DNA from: an uncultured Oscillospiraceae bacterium
GTDB lineage: Bacteria > Bacillota > Clostridia > Oscillospirales > Oscillospiraceae
Reading direction: 5' to 3'
Assembly (NCBI GenBank): GCA_947630645.1
Contig: CANRIF010000003.1
Location: 2,427-66,426 of the forward strand
DNA: 64,000 nucleotides
The notes under the pieces were generated by a model. The model saw nothing but the letters and a program-made list of their open reading frames with translations, did not search any database and had not been told where the DNA came from. The number at the start of each line of letters is the position of its first letter. Position 1 is the stretch's first letter. This document shows positions 1 to 8,158 of the stretch, in pieces. The translations under genes were made by a program, and so were the position numbers.

Positions 1-92
1 ACGGCGATGGGGGAGCCGCACCCGGCGCACATTCTATGTCCGGCCGCGAAGCGGTCCTCTTTCATGACGTTTTCTTTCAGGCTGTAACTCAT
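1..92 (-). CDS. 2-oxoacid:ferredoxin oxidoreductase beta (TPP-binding) subunit, first 30 codons only (continues past left edge)
   Basis: Reverse complement of 1-92 reads MSYSLKENVMKEDRFAAGHRMCAGCGSPIA. The ATG at 92 lies 13 nt after the alpha-subunit stop. A GHxxCxGCG start is typical of POR/VOR beta subunits. Confidence 0.6.
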   Translation of the reverse strand, partial: MSYSLKENVMKEDRFAAGHRMCAGCGSPIA

Positions 93-105
93 GGCTGCTC
101 CCTCC

Positions 106-1284
106 TCATTCCCGGACTTCCAGGTAACGGTACGTCTCGCCGGTCTTGCCCGTCTCGACGATCTTGTCCAGCTGGGAGAACACGTGCTTGATGCTGTCCA
201 CGCGCACGTCCCGGCCGCCCAGTCCGTAGATGTAGTTGATGCCCTTGGGGGCGCTGATCCCGGCGGCGTACAGCGCCGCGCTGGTCTCGGCAAAGATGGG
301 GCCGCAGTGGGCGTTGAAGCTGTCGTCCTTGTCCATGACGGCGAAGGCCTTCACGTTCTTCAGGCTCTCGGCCAGCTCCTCGGAGGGGAACGGACGGAAG
401 GAGCGGATCTTCACCAGACCCACCTTCCTGCCCTGCTCCCGCAGCTGGCGGATGGCCTCCTTGGCGGTGCCGGCGGAGGAGCCGATCAGCACGATGGCCT
501 CCTCGGCGTCATCCATCATGAAGTTCTCCACCAGGCCGTAGGTGCGCCCGGTCATCTCGCCGAACTCCTTGCCCACCTTGCGGATCACGTCCTTGGCGTC
601 GATCATGGCCTGGGCCTGCTGGCGCTTGGCCTCCATGTAGTAGGCCGGCATACCGAAGGCGCCCACCGCCATGGGCTCGTCCTTGTTCAGCAGATAGTGC
701 TGGGGCTTATACTGGCCCACGAACTTCTTGACCTTGTCCGTCTCCTCCAGTTCGATGTTCTCGATGGCATGGGAGGTGATGAAGCCGTCCTGGCACACCA
801 TCACGGGCAGGCCCACCGCCTCGCCGATACGCATGGCCTGCAAATAGTTATCGTAGGCCTCCTGGTTGGTCTCTGCGAACAGCATGATCCAGCCGGCGTC
901 CCGCACGCCCATGGCGTCCGAGTGGTCGTTGTGGATGTTGATGGGGCCGCTCAGCGCCCGGCAGCACACCGCCAGGGTGATGGGCAGGCGGCTGGAAGCC
1001 GCCACGTACAGCATCTCGGTCATGTAGCACAGGCCGCAGGAGCTGGTGGCGCTGATGGCGCGCGCGCCGGCCGCCTCCGCGCCGATGCAGGTGCTCATGG
1101 CGGAATGCTCGCTCTCCACGGCGATGAACTCCGTGTCCACCTCGCCGTTGTCCACGTAGGCGGAGAAGTACTGGGGGATCTCCGTGGACGGGGTGATGGG
1201 GTAAGCGCCCATCACGTCCGGGTTGATCTGCTTCATGGCATAGGCCACAGCCTCGTTGCCGGAAAGTCTCTCTCGAATACCCAT
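106..1284 (-). CDS. 2-oxoacid:ferredoxin oxidoreductase alpha subunit (POR/VOR-type, 392 aa)
   Basis: Track ORF. N-terminal GNEAVAYAMKQINPDVMGAYPITPSTEI and the overall length match alpha subunits of four-subunit OFORs. It sits in gamma-delta-alpha-beta order. Confidence 0.9.
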   Translation of the reverse strand: MGIRERLSGNEAVAYAMKQINPDVMGAYPITPSTEIPQYFSAYVDNGEVDTEFIAVESEHSAMSTCIGAEAAGARAISATSSCGLCYMTEMLYVAASSRLPITLAVCCRALSGPINIHNDHSDAMGVRDAGWIMLFAETNQEAYDNYLQAMRIGEAVGLPVMVCQDGFITSHAIENIELEETDKVKKFVGQYKPQHYLLNKDEPMAVGAFGMPAYYMEAKRQQAQAMIDAKDVIRKVGKEFGEMTGRTYGLVENFMMDDAEEAIVLIGSSAGTAKEAIRQLREQGRKVGLVKIRSFRPFPSEELAESLKNVKAFAVMDKDDSFNAHCGPIFAETSAALYAAGISAPKGINYIYGLGGRDVRVDSIKHVFSQLDKIVETGKTGETYRYLEVRE

Positions 1285-1299
1285 AGCTCGTCTCCTCCC

Positions 1300-1608
1300 T
1301 TACTTGTCTTCCTTGACCATGGAGATGGCCCCGAAAGGACAGACATTGGCGCAGATGCCACAGCCCTTGCAGAAGAAGTAGTTGAAGTCGCCGCGCTTGC
1401 CGTCCTTCCCCACGGGGATGGACATATCCGGGCAAACCGGCGCGCACAGCAGGCACTGCTTGCACTTATCCCAGTCGATGACCGGCTTCATGGTCCGCCA
1501 GTCGCCGGTCTCCACGACCTGACTGGTGCCGCCCTCGTAAATGTTGCAGCCGGGGGTGATGTCACGCCAGGTGACGTCCGGCGTCATATCCTTTGCCAGA
1601 TGGCTCAT
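1300..1608 (-). CDS. 2-oxoacid:ferredoxin oxidoreductase delta subunit (2x[4Fe-4S] ferredoxin, 102 aa)
   Basis: Two Cys clusters, CKQCLLCAPVCP and CKGCGICANVCP. A 4-nt overlap with the gamma gene implies coupling. Confidence 0.9.
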   Translation of the reverse strand: MSHLAKDMTPDVTWRDITPGCNIYEGGTSQVVETGDWRTMKPVIDWDKCKQCLLCAPVCPDMSIPVGKDGKRGDFNYFFCKGCGICANVCPFGAISMVKEDK

Positions 1609-2183
1609 CCGATCCGCACCTCCTCCATAGAACGCTTCAGGGCACGCATATTGCCCTCGATGACCTGGGGCTTGGAGGCGAACTTGTGTTTGAAGGAAGC
1701 CTCCATGTCCTTGACGAACGCCTCCGGCTCCACCACGCCGGACACCTTCACGATGGCCGCCAGCATGGGGGTGTTGGGGAAGTTCTTGCCCAGCTCCTCG
1801 GTGCTGATCTTGCCCGCGTCGATGGTGCAGACACGGCCCTCGTAGCCGTGCAGCTTGGCACGCAGCTCCTCCGGCGCCTTGCCGGAGTTGATGACGATGG
1901 CGCCCTCCTTCTTCAGGCCGGCGGTCACGTCCACGGCGGACAGCAGAGTCTCGTCCACCACCACCACGTAGTCGGGCTCGTAGATGTTGGAGTGGACCGT
2001 GCTGCGCTCCGAGCTGATGCGGTTATAGGCCGTCATCGGTGCGCCCATGCGCTCCGGGCCGTACTCCGGGAAGCCCTGTACGTACTTGCCGGTGTTGAAC
2101 GCCGCGTCCGCCAGCAGCAGCGAAGCCGTCTTCGCGCCCTGGCCGCCACGGCCGTGCCACCGGATCTCCACGATGTCTTTCAT
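1605..2183 (-). CDS. 2-oxoacid:ferredoxin oxidoreductase gamma subunit (192 aa)
   Basis: IRWHGRGGQGAKTASLLLA motif typical of OFOR gamma subunits. RBS AAAGGAGAG lies upstream of the ATG at 2183. Confidence 0.9.
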   Translation of the reverse strand: MKDIVEIRWHGRGGQGAKTASLLLADAAFNTGKYVQGFPEYGPERMGAPMTAYNRISSERSTVHSNIYEPDYVVVVDETLLSAVDVTAGLKKEGAIVINSGKAPEELRAKLHGYEGRVCTIDAGKISTEELGKNFPNTPMLAAIVKVSGVVEPEAFVKDMEASFKHKFASKPQVIEGNMRALKRSMEEVRIG

Positions 2184-2242
2184 AGGTTTCTCTCCTTTTC
2201 GATCAATTCAGTAAAGCGGAGCCTGTCCGCTTTTCCGGGACG

Positions 2243-2617
2243 TTACTTCAGCGCCGCGATGACCTCGATCTCGCACAGGAGGTTCTTGGGCAGCGTTTTG
2301 ACCGCCACGCAGGAGCGGGCGGGCTTGCCGGTGAAATACTCGGCGTAGACGGCGTTGAACGCGGCGAAGTCGCCCATATCCGCCAGGAAGCAGGTGGTCT
2401 TCACCACATCCTCGAAGCCCAGCCCATTGGCCTCCAGGACGGCCTTCAGGTTCTGGCAGCAGCGGTGGGCCTGCTCCTCGATGGTAGCGCCGGCGATCTC
2501 ACCGGTGCCGGGCATCAGGGCCACCTGGCCGGAGGTGAACAGGAATCCGCCTGCGCTGATGGCCTGGGAATAGGGGCCGATGGCCGCGGGGGCGTTGGGT
2601 GTGCTGGTAACTTTCAT
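2243..2617 (-). CDS. ridA: RidA/YjgF-family reactive enamine/imine deaminase (124 aa)
   Basis: MKVTSTPNAPAAIGPYSQAI...CEIEVIAALK is a full-length RidA pattern. I chose the ATG at 2617 (RBS GGAGGAAG 6 nt upstream) over the 53-codon longer track ORF. Confidence 0.9.
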   Translation of the reverse strand: MKVTSTPNAPAAIGPYSQAISAGGFLFTSGQVALMPGTGEIAGATIEEQAHRCCQNLKAVLEANGLGFEDVVKTTCFLADMGDFAAFNAVYAEYFTGKPARSCVAVKTLPKNLLCEIEVIAALK

Positions 2618-2665
2618 CGTATTCTTCCTCCCATCATATTGATCCGGCGTATGCCGGCTGATCTG

Positions 2666-2694
2666 ATTATATACCAACCTGCCGCCGGACGCAA
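2666..2694 (-). promoter_or_regulatory. Candidate sigma-A promoter for ridA and the OFOR genes (TTGCGT-17-TATAAT)
   Basis: On the minus strand the -35 is at 2689-2694 and the -10 at 2666-2671, with a 17-nt spacer. It lies between the mgl hairpins and ridA. Confidence 0.35.
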
Positions 2695-2746
2695 GGGGTC
2701 CTCTGCGTCCGGCGGGGAGGTGGGGCCGGTCAGCGGCCGTTTGGCA

Positions 2747-2780
2747 GGAAATGCCGCTTTCCTTTGAAAGCGGCATTTCC
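2747..2780 (-). terminator. 15-bp perfect stem-loop 13 nt after the mgl stop (no U-tract)
   Basis: ggaaatgccgctttc / cttt / gaaagcggcatttcc. A second 12-bp hairpin is at 2682-2715. Confidence 0.4.
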
Positions 2781-2792
2781 GCGCTTATCCGT

Positions 2793-3989
2793 TCAGACCA
2801 GGGGGTCCAGAACAGCCTTCAGATCGGCGATGATGTCCTCGGGGTCCTCCAGGCCGACGCTGATACGCACCAGGCCCTCGGAGATGCCGGCTTCCTTGAG
2901 CTGCTCGGGGGTGTAGGTGCTGTGGGTCATGGTGGCGGGATGCTCCACCAGGGTCTCCGCGTCGCCCAGAGACACGGCCACCGTGCAGACTTGCAGCTTG
3001 TTCAGCGCCGCGGCGGAGGCGGCCCGGTCGGCCTTCAGCTCGATGGCCATCATGCCGCCGGGCAGACGCATCTGCTTCTTGGCGATCTCGTAGCCCTCAA
3101 AGCTCTTCAGGCCGGGATAGTAGACCTTGGCGACCGCAGGGTGGCCCTCCAGGAAGTCGGCCACCTTCTGGGCGTTGGCGCAGTGGCGCTCCATGCGGAT
3201 GTCCAGGGTCTTCATGCCGCGGCCCATCAGGAACGCATTGAACGGGCTCATGACAGCGCCGGTCATGTCCTTGATGCCCACGGTGCGGCACTCGTTGATG
3301 AAGTCAGCCTTGCCGACGATGGCACCCGCGATCACGTCGCCGTGGCCGTTGAGGTACTTGGTGGCGCTGTGGACCACCACGTCCGCGCCCAGGGACAGGG
3401 GCCGGGTCAGGTACGGGGTGCAGAAGGTGTTGTCCACGATCACCTTGATGTCGGGGTCGTACTCATGGGCGGTCTTGGCGATCAACTCGATGTCCAGGAT
3501 CTTCATCGTCGGGTTGCAGGGGGACTCGAAGTAGACGATCTTGGTCTTGGGGGTCAGGGCCTTCTTGAGGTTGGCGATGTCGCTCAGGTCGGTGCAGGTG
3601 ACGTTCACGTTGAACCGGGTCAGGCCGTGGTTGAACAGCGCGTAGGTGCAGCCATAGAGGGTCTCGTCGGCCACGATCTCGTCGCCGGCCTTCAGGATGG
3701 TCCACATGGTCGCGGAGATGGCGCCCATGCCGGCGGCGGTACACAGCGCGGCCTCGCCGCCCTCCAGAGAGGCCAGCTTCGCCTCCACGGTGGCGACGGT
3801 GGGGTTGCCGAGGCGGGAGTAGATGTAGCCCTCTTCCTGCCCCGCGAACCGGGCGCCGCCCTGCTCGACGGTCTCAAACTCAAACGTAGAGGTCTGATAG
3901 ATAGGATCGCAAAGAGACCCCGCGGCGTTCTTCACCTTGCCGACGTGGATCTGCCGGGTAGCAAAACCTGCGTTCTTGAACTTATCCAT
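2793..3989 (-). CDS. mgl: Methionine gamma-lyase (PLP-dependent Cys/Met-metabolism family, 398 aa)
   Basis: PLP-lysine motif SATKYLNGHGD, YSRLGNPT, and the LYGCT motif characteristic of methionine gamma-lyases. Length is about 398 aa. RBS GAAAGGAAGG. Confidence 0.8.
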   Translation of the reverse strand: MDKFKNAGFATRQIHVGKVKNAAGSLCDPIYQTSTFEFETVEQGGARFAGQEEGYIYSRLGNPTVATVEAKLASLEGGEAALCTAAGMGAISATMWTILKAGDEIVADETLYGCTYALFNHGLTRFNVNVTCTDLSDIANLKKALTPKTKIVYFESPCNPTMKILDIELIAKTAHEYDPDIKVIVDNTFCTPYLTRPLSLGADVVVHSATKYLNGHGDVIAGAIVGKADFINECRTVGIKDMTGAVMSPFNAFLMGRGMKTLDIRMERHCANAQKVADFLEGHPAVAKVYYPGLKSFEGYEIAKKQMRLPGGMMAIELKADRAASAAALNKLQVCTVAVSLGDAETLVEHPATMTHSTYTPEQLKEAGISEGLVRISVGLEDPEDIIADLKAVLDPLV

Positions 3990-4159
3990 CTGAATTCCTT
4001 CCTTTCGTCCCGTGTCACGCGGGCAGTTTTAATATTTTTTTGGAAAACGCCGGAGAGAGTAGAGAGAGTAATTGTTAATATATATAATACAATAGTTTTT
4101 TCAAAAGTGTTAGTAAGATATTTTGCACATGATTTCAAACTAAAACTTATAACTATTCA

Positions 4160-4188
4160 TTGACTTTTTTCAAGGTTTCCATTATACT
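4160..4188 (+). promoter_or_regulatory. Candidate sigma-A promoter for the LysR gene (TTGACT-17-TATACT)
   Basis: -35 at 4160-4165 and -10 at 4183-4188, in the AT-rich divergent intergenic region. Confidence 0.4.
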
Positions 4189-4247
4189 AGGAGGAGCGTG
4201 CGGAAGTACGCCATCAGAACAAACAGAAAACGGAGGGACACGACGCC

Positions 4248-5183
4248 ATGACGTTCCAGCAGCTCGCCTATCTCGTGGAAGTCTCCAAGTGCGGCTCCAT
4301 CAACAAAGCGGCCCAGAAGCTATATCTCTCCCAGACGGCCATTTCCGCCTCCATCCGCGCTCTGGAGGACGAATTCCACCTCAAGCTCATCAATCGCAGC
4401 AACCGGGGCATCGAATTCACCCAGATCGGGAAGGAATTCGTCAGCTACGCCGTGTCGCTGCTGGAGCAGCGGGACAGGATGGAATCCCTGTACAAGCACA
4501 CCGCCCAGACGAAAAATTTCCTGCGCTTTTCCGTCACGTCCCAGCGCTTCCTCTTCCCGGAGGACGCCTTTGTGCGCCTGTTGAAGCGCAACGAGGACCG
4601 GAATTACACCTTCTCCTATCACGAGGCCAACATGAACACGGTCATCGACGACATCGCCGAACACCGCTCCGATGTGGGGGTCATCTCCGTGTTCGACTCC
4701 AACAAGGCCATGGTGGACCGCCTGCTGGACAACCTGGGGCTGGAATTCCACCCGCTCGTCTCCTCCCCGCCCTGCATCTTCTGCCGGGTGGGCCATCCGC
4801 TGACGAAGCTGGAGAAGATCACCGAGGAGACGCTGGACGACTACATCTATCTCTATTACGACCAGGGCCTGGGCATCGCCGCAGAGTTCAGCGAGGAATA
4901 CCAGTGGTTCCCCATCCAGAAGCCCCGCCACGCGGTTTGCAGCAGCAGCCGCGCCGTCATCGTGAACCTGATGCTCCTGGCGGACGCCTTCACCGTGGGC
5001 AGCGGCCTTTTGCTGGACGAGATATCCCCGGGGCTCACCTCCGTGCCGCTGACGGAGGAGAAGAACATCCAGATCGGCTGGATCAAGGACAGCCGCCAGA
5101 GCCTCTCCGACGGGGCGAAGGACTTTGTCTCCCTTCTCCACGCCGCCGCCGGCCGCTCTCACGTCGCCGCCCATACCCTCTAA
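4248..5183 (+). CDS. LysR-family transcriptional regulator (311 aa), divergent from mgl
   Basis: N-terminal wHTH MTFQQLAYLVEVSKCGSINKAAQKLYLSQTAISASIRALE is the LTTR signature. Confidence 0.9.
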   Translation: MTFQQLAYLVEVSKCGSINKAAQKLYLSQTAISASIRALEDEFHLKLINRSNRGIEFTQIGKEFVSYAVSLLEQRDRMESLYKHTAQTKNFLRFSVTSQRFLFPEDAFVRLLKRNEDRNYTFSYHEANMNTVIDDIAEHRSDVGVISVFDSNKAMVDRLLDNLGLEFHPLVSSPPCIFCRVGHPLTKLEKITEETLDDYIYLYYDQGLGIAAEFSEEYQWFPIQKPRHAVCSSSRAVIVNLMLLADAFTVGSGLLLDEISPGLTSVPLTEEKNIQIGWIKDSRQSLSDGAKDFVSLLHAAAGRSHVAAHTL

Positions 5184-5202
5184 AGAGGGACCAAACTTTC
5201 AC

Positions 5203-5237
5203 AAAAGCTCTGCCGCGCTGTGCGCGGCAGAGCTTTT
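5203..5237. terminator. Bidirectional rho-independent terminator between the convergent LysR and nhaC genes
   Basis: aaaagctctgccgcgc / tgt / gcgcggcagagctttt, a 16-bp stem including A/T flanks. Confidence 0.65.
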
Positions 5238-5248
5238 ATAGTGGGTAT

Positions 5249-6640
5249 TTAGTCGTTGGCTTCGGCAGCCAGTTCCTTTTTCTTGGCCTCCACACCGGAC
5301 TGGGCCACGTTGTACTCCCAGTTCCAGGGGTTCTTGCGGCAGGTGCGGTCGGCGTAGGGAACGAAGATGGAGATCACACCGAACACCGCCAGCAGGAAGC
5401 AGTACCAGATGTTGGGCACGATGGACATGGGCGCGATGCCCGCCAGGGCCGCGGCCGTCAGAGTCTGGGCGCCGTAGGGGATCAGGCCCTGGAACACGCA
5501 GCTGAACACGTCCAGCAGCGAAGCGGTCCGCCGGGGGTCCACGTCGTACTCGCGGCTGATGTCGTTGGAGACCTTGCCGCTGATGATGATGGCCACGGTG
5601 TTGTTGGCCACGGCGCAGTCGGTCACGCTGGCCAGAGCAGCGATGCCCACCTGGGCGGAACGCTTGCTCTTCATGACCTTGCTCAGCTTCTCGATGAGCC
5701 AGGCGATGCCGCCGTTATGGGTGGTCAAGGCTGCCAGGCCGCCTGTCAGCAGGCTCAGGTAGAAGACCTCGTCCATGCCGGTGATACCCCCCCAGATGTT
5801 CTGGGCGAAGGTGGGGATGGTCAGGTCGCCGGTGATCATGCCGATGATGCCGGCGGCGAAGATGCCGAGGGTCAGCACCAGGAACACGTTGATGCCGATC
5901 AGGGCCAGGACCAGGACCAGCAGGTAGGGCAGGATCTTGATGAAGCTGTAAGAGAGGTTCTCAATGGCGGGGGCGCCTTCCGGCCGGCCGAAGATCAGCA
6001 GCAGCACCAAAGTGATCACCGCCGCGGGCAGTGCGATGAGGAGGTTGACGCGGAACTTATCCCGCATCTCGCAGCCCTGGGAACGGGTAGCAGCGATGGT
6101 GGTGTCGGAGATCATGGACAGGTTGTCGCCGAACATGGCGCCGCCGATGCAGGCGCCCACGACCAGGGGAACGCTCAGATTGCCGCCCTGGGCCACGCCG
6201 ACGGCGATGGGGACGATGGCACCGATGGTGCCCATGGACGTGCCGGTGGCGGTGCCCATGAAGGCGGAGATGATGAAGATACCGGCCGCCAGGAACTGCA
6301 CAGGGATGACGGACAGGCCCAGGTTGACCACGGAGTCACGGCCGCCCATGGCGGAGGCCACCGCGGAGAACGCACCGGCCAGCATATAGACCGTCAGCAT
6401 GGTGAGAACGTCCTCGTTGCCGGCGCCCTTGGCGAAGATGTGGAACTTCTCGTTCAGCGACTCCTTGCCCAGGCAGAACGCCAGGATCAGGCCGATGAAG
6501 GCGGCGGTCACGATGGGGAACTGGTAGAACGCCATGTCCACGCCGGTGAACTGATAGTACAGGCCGGCGCCCAAGTACACCAGGATGAATACCAGGAACG
6601 GTAGCAGAGCTACGCCACTGGCTTTCTTGTGGTTTTCCAT
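5249..6640 (-). CDS. NhaC-family Na+/H+ antiporter-like carrier (463 aa)
   Basis: Polytopic membrane protein. MGTATGTSMGTIGAIVPIA and GDNLSMISDTTIAA motifs are typical of the NhaC C-terminal domain. RBS GGAGGA. Confidence 0.85.
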   Translation of the reverse strand: MENHKKASGVALLPFLVFILVYLGAGLYYQFTGVDMAFYQFPIVTAAFIGLILAFCLGKESLNEKFHIFAKGAGNEDVLTMLTVYMLAGAFSAVASAMGGRDSVVNLGLSVIPVQFLAAGIFIISAFMGTATGTSMGTIGAIVPIAVGVAQGGNLSVPLVVGACIGGAMFGDNLSMISDTTIAATRSQGCEMRDKFRVNLLIALPAAVITLVLLLIFGRPEGAPAIENLSYSFIKILPYLLVLVLALIGINVFLVLTLGIFAAGIIGMITGDLTIPTFAQNIWGGITGMDEVFYLSLLTGGLAALTTHNGGIAWLIEKLSKVMKSKRSAQVGIAALASVTDCAVANNTVAIIISGKVSNDISREYDVDPRRTASLLDVFSCVFQGLIPYGAQTLTAAALAGIAPMSIVPNIWYCFLLAVFGVISIFVPYADRTCRKNPWNWEYNVAQSGVEAKKKELAAEAND

Positions 6641-6865
6641 TTTTTGATCCTCCTGTTTGTTAATTTTGTAAGATTTGGAGAATTTGCCTAATCTTTTTCC
6701 GGGTGTTTACTCTCTCTTATGTTTAAAATACCATATAATTGACAAAAAGTGGTAACAGTTGTTTGTTCCAATAGATTGCAACTAATAGTTACAACCCGCT
6801 CTCCGCGCGGTCCAGCGTCCTTCCCCGCCGTTTTTCGGTCAAAATGCACAAAACCATCCAGGGCA

Positions 6866-6902
6866 GCAAAAAAACAGGAGCCATGTGCGGCTCCTGTTTT
6901 TT
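6866..6902 (-). terminator. Rho-independent terminator after the dehydratase-like gene
   Basis: acaggagcc / atgtgc / ggctcctgt, flanked by an A-run and a T-run. Confidence 0.55.
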
Positions 6903-6916
6903 CATTGTGTTTTCCG

Positions 6917-8158
6917 CTATCCGGCGTTTGCCAGCATCAGCTTCAGGCGGTTCTCCTGGTTGACCCGGCTGGCGCCGGCGTCGTAGTCGATGGCCACGAT
7001 GTTGGACCCGGGACACAGCTTCTTCACCGGGACCATCATGCCCTTGCCGCAGATGTGGTTGGGCAGGCACCCGAAGGGCTGGGTGCAGACGATGTTCTTG
7101 CACCCGGAACGGCTCAACTCCACCATCTCCGCCGTCAGGAGCCAGCCCTCGCCCATCTTCACCGCCCGGCTGATGACCTCGCCGGCCATGGCCACCACCT
7201 CCTCGAAGGGGGTGACGCCCACGAACAGGCCGCCGGCGGTCAGCGCCTCGTTCATCTCGCTCCGCTTCCGGCACAGCAGCCGGAACACGGCCTTTTCCGC
7301 CAGATATCCCGCCCGGCCCTGGTGATAGAGCTTGTGGTCCATGATGCCGTTGTAGACGCAGAACAGGCAGAAGTCCAGAAATCCCGGCACCACCGTCTCC
7401 GCGCCCTCCCGGATCAAAAACCGCTCCAGGTCGTTGTTCCCCAGGGGCGAGTACTTGACGAATATCTCCCCCACGATGCCCACCCTAGGCTTCTTCCGGC
7501 TCCGATCGGCGGGGATATCGGCGAAGGAGCGCACGATCGCCCGGTAGTTCTCCTTCACCCTATTATAATTTATCCGCCGGCTGGTGCCCAGCTCGTCGCC
7601 CAGGCGGCGCGTCCACGCCTCCGCCGTCCGCTCCGCCCGGCCCGGCTCCAACTCATAGGGCCGGGTCTGGTCCACCAGGTCCATCAGCAGGTCACCGTAC
7701 AGCACCGCGTACAGCAGCCGGTGCAGCTTTCCCACGGTCACCCGGAAGCCGGGGTGCTTTTCGATCCCCGCCAGGCTGAAGGAGATGACGGGGACGTACT
7801 CCATCCCCGCCTTCACCAGGGCCTTACGGATGAGGGATATGTAGTTGGACGCCCGGCAGCCGCCGCCGGTCTGGAACATGATCAGGGCCGTCTTGTGGGG
7901 GTCGTACTTCCCCGAGAGCAGCGCGTCCATCATCTGCCCCACCACCAGGATGGCGGGGTAGCAGGTGTCGTTGTGGGTGTATTTCAGGCCCGTCTCCACA
8001 ATATCATGGCCGGAGGACTGGAGCAGTTCCATGTGGTAGCCGTAAGTCTCGAAGATACGCAGCATCAGCTTGAAGTGCATGGGCAGCATATTGGGGACCA
8101 GGATGGTGTAGTCCTTTTTCATCTCCTCGGTGAACGGCACGAAGCTCTTATCCTGCAT
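6917..8158 (-). CDS. 2-hydroxyacyl-CoA dehydratase / benzoyl-CoA reductase-like subunit family protein (413 aa)
   Basis: Cys motifs HNDTCYPAI, GGGCRASNY and CTQPFGCLPNH. I chose the start ATG at 8158 (MQDKSFVPF), which overlaps the upstream stop by 11 nt. The 50-codon track extension is Arg/Gly/Trp-rich and looks spurious. Confidence 0.8.
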   Translation of the reverse strand: MQDKSFVPFTEEMKKDYTILVPNMLPMHFKLMLRIFETYGYHMELLQSSGHDIVETGLKYTHNDTCYPAILVVGQMMDALLSGKYDPHKTALIMFQTGGGCRASNYISLIRKALVKAGMEYVPVISFSLAGIEKHPGFRVTVGKLHRLLYAVLYGDLLMDLVDQTRPYELEPGRAERTAEAWTRRLGDELGTSRRINYNRVKENYRAIVRSFADIPADRSRKKPRVGIVGEIFVKYSPLGNNDLERFLIREGAETVVPGFLDFCLFCVYNGIMDHKLYHQGRAGYLAEKAVFRLLCRKRSEMNEALTAGGLFVGVTPFEEVVAMAGEVISRAVKMGEGWLLTAEMVELSRSGCKNIVCTQPFGCLPNHICGKGMMVPVKKLCPGSNIVAIDYDAGASRVNQENRLKLMLANAG

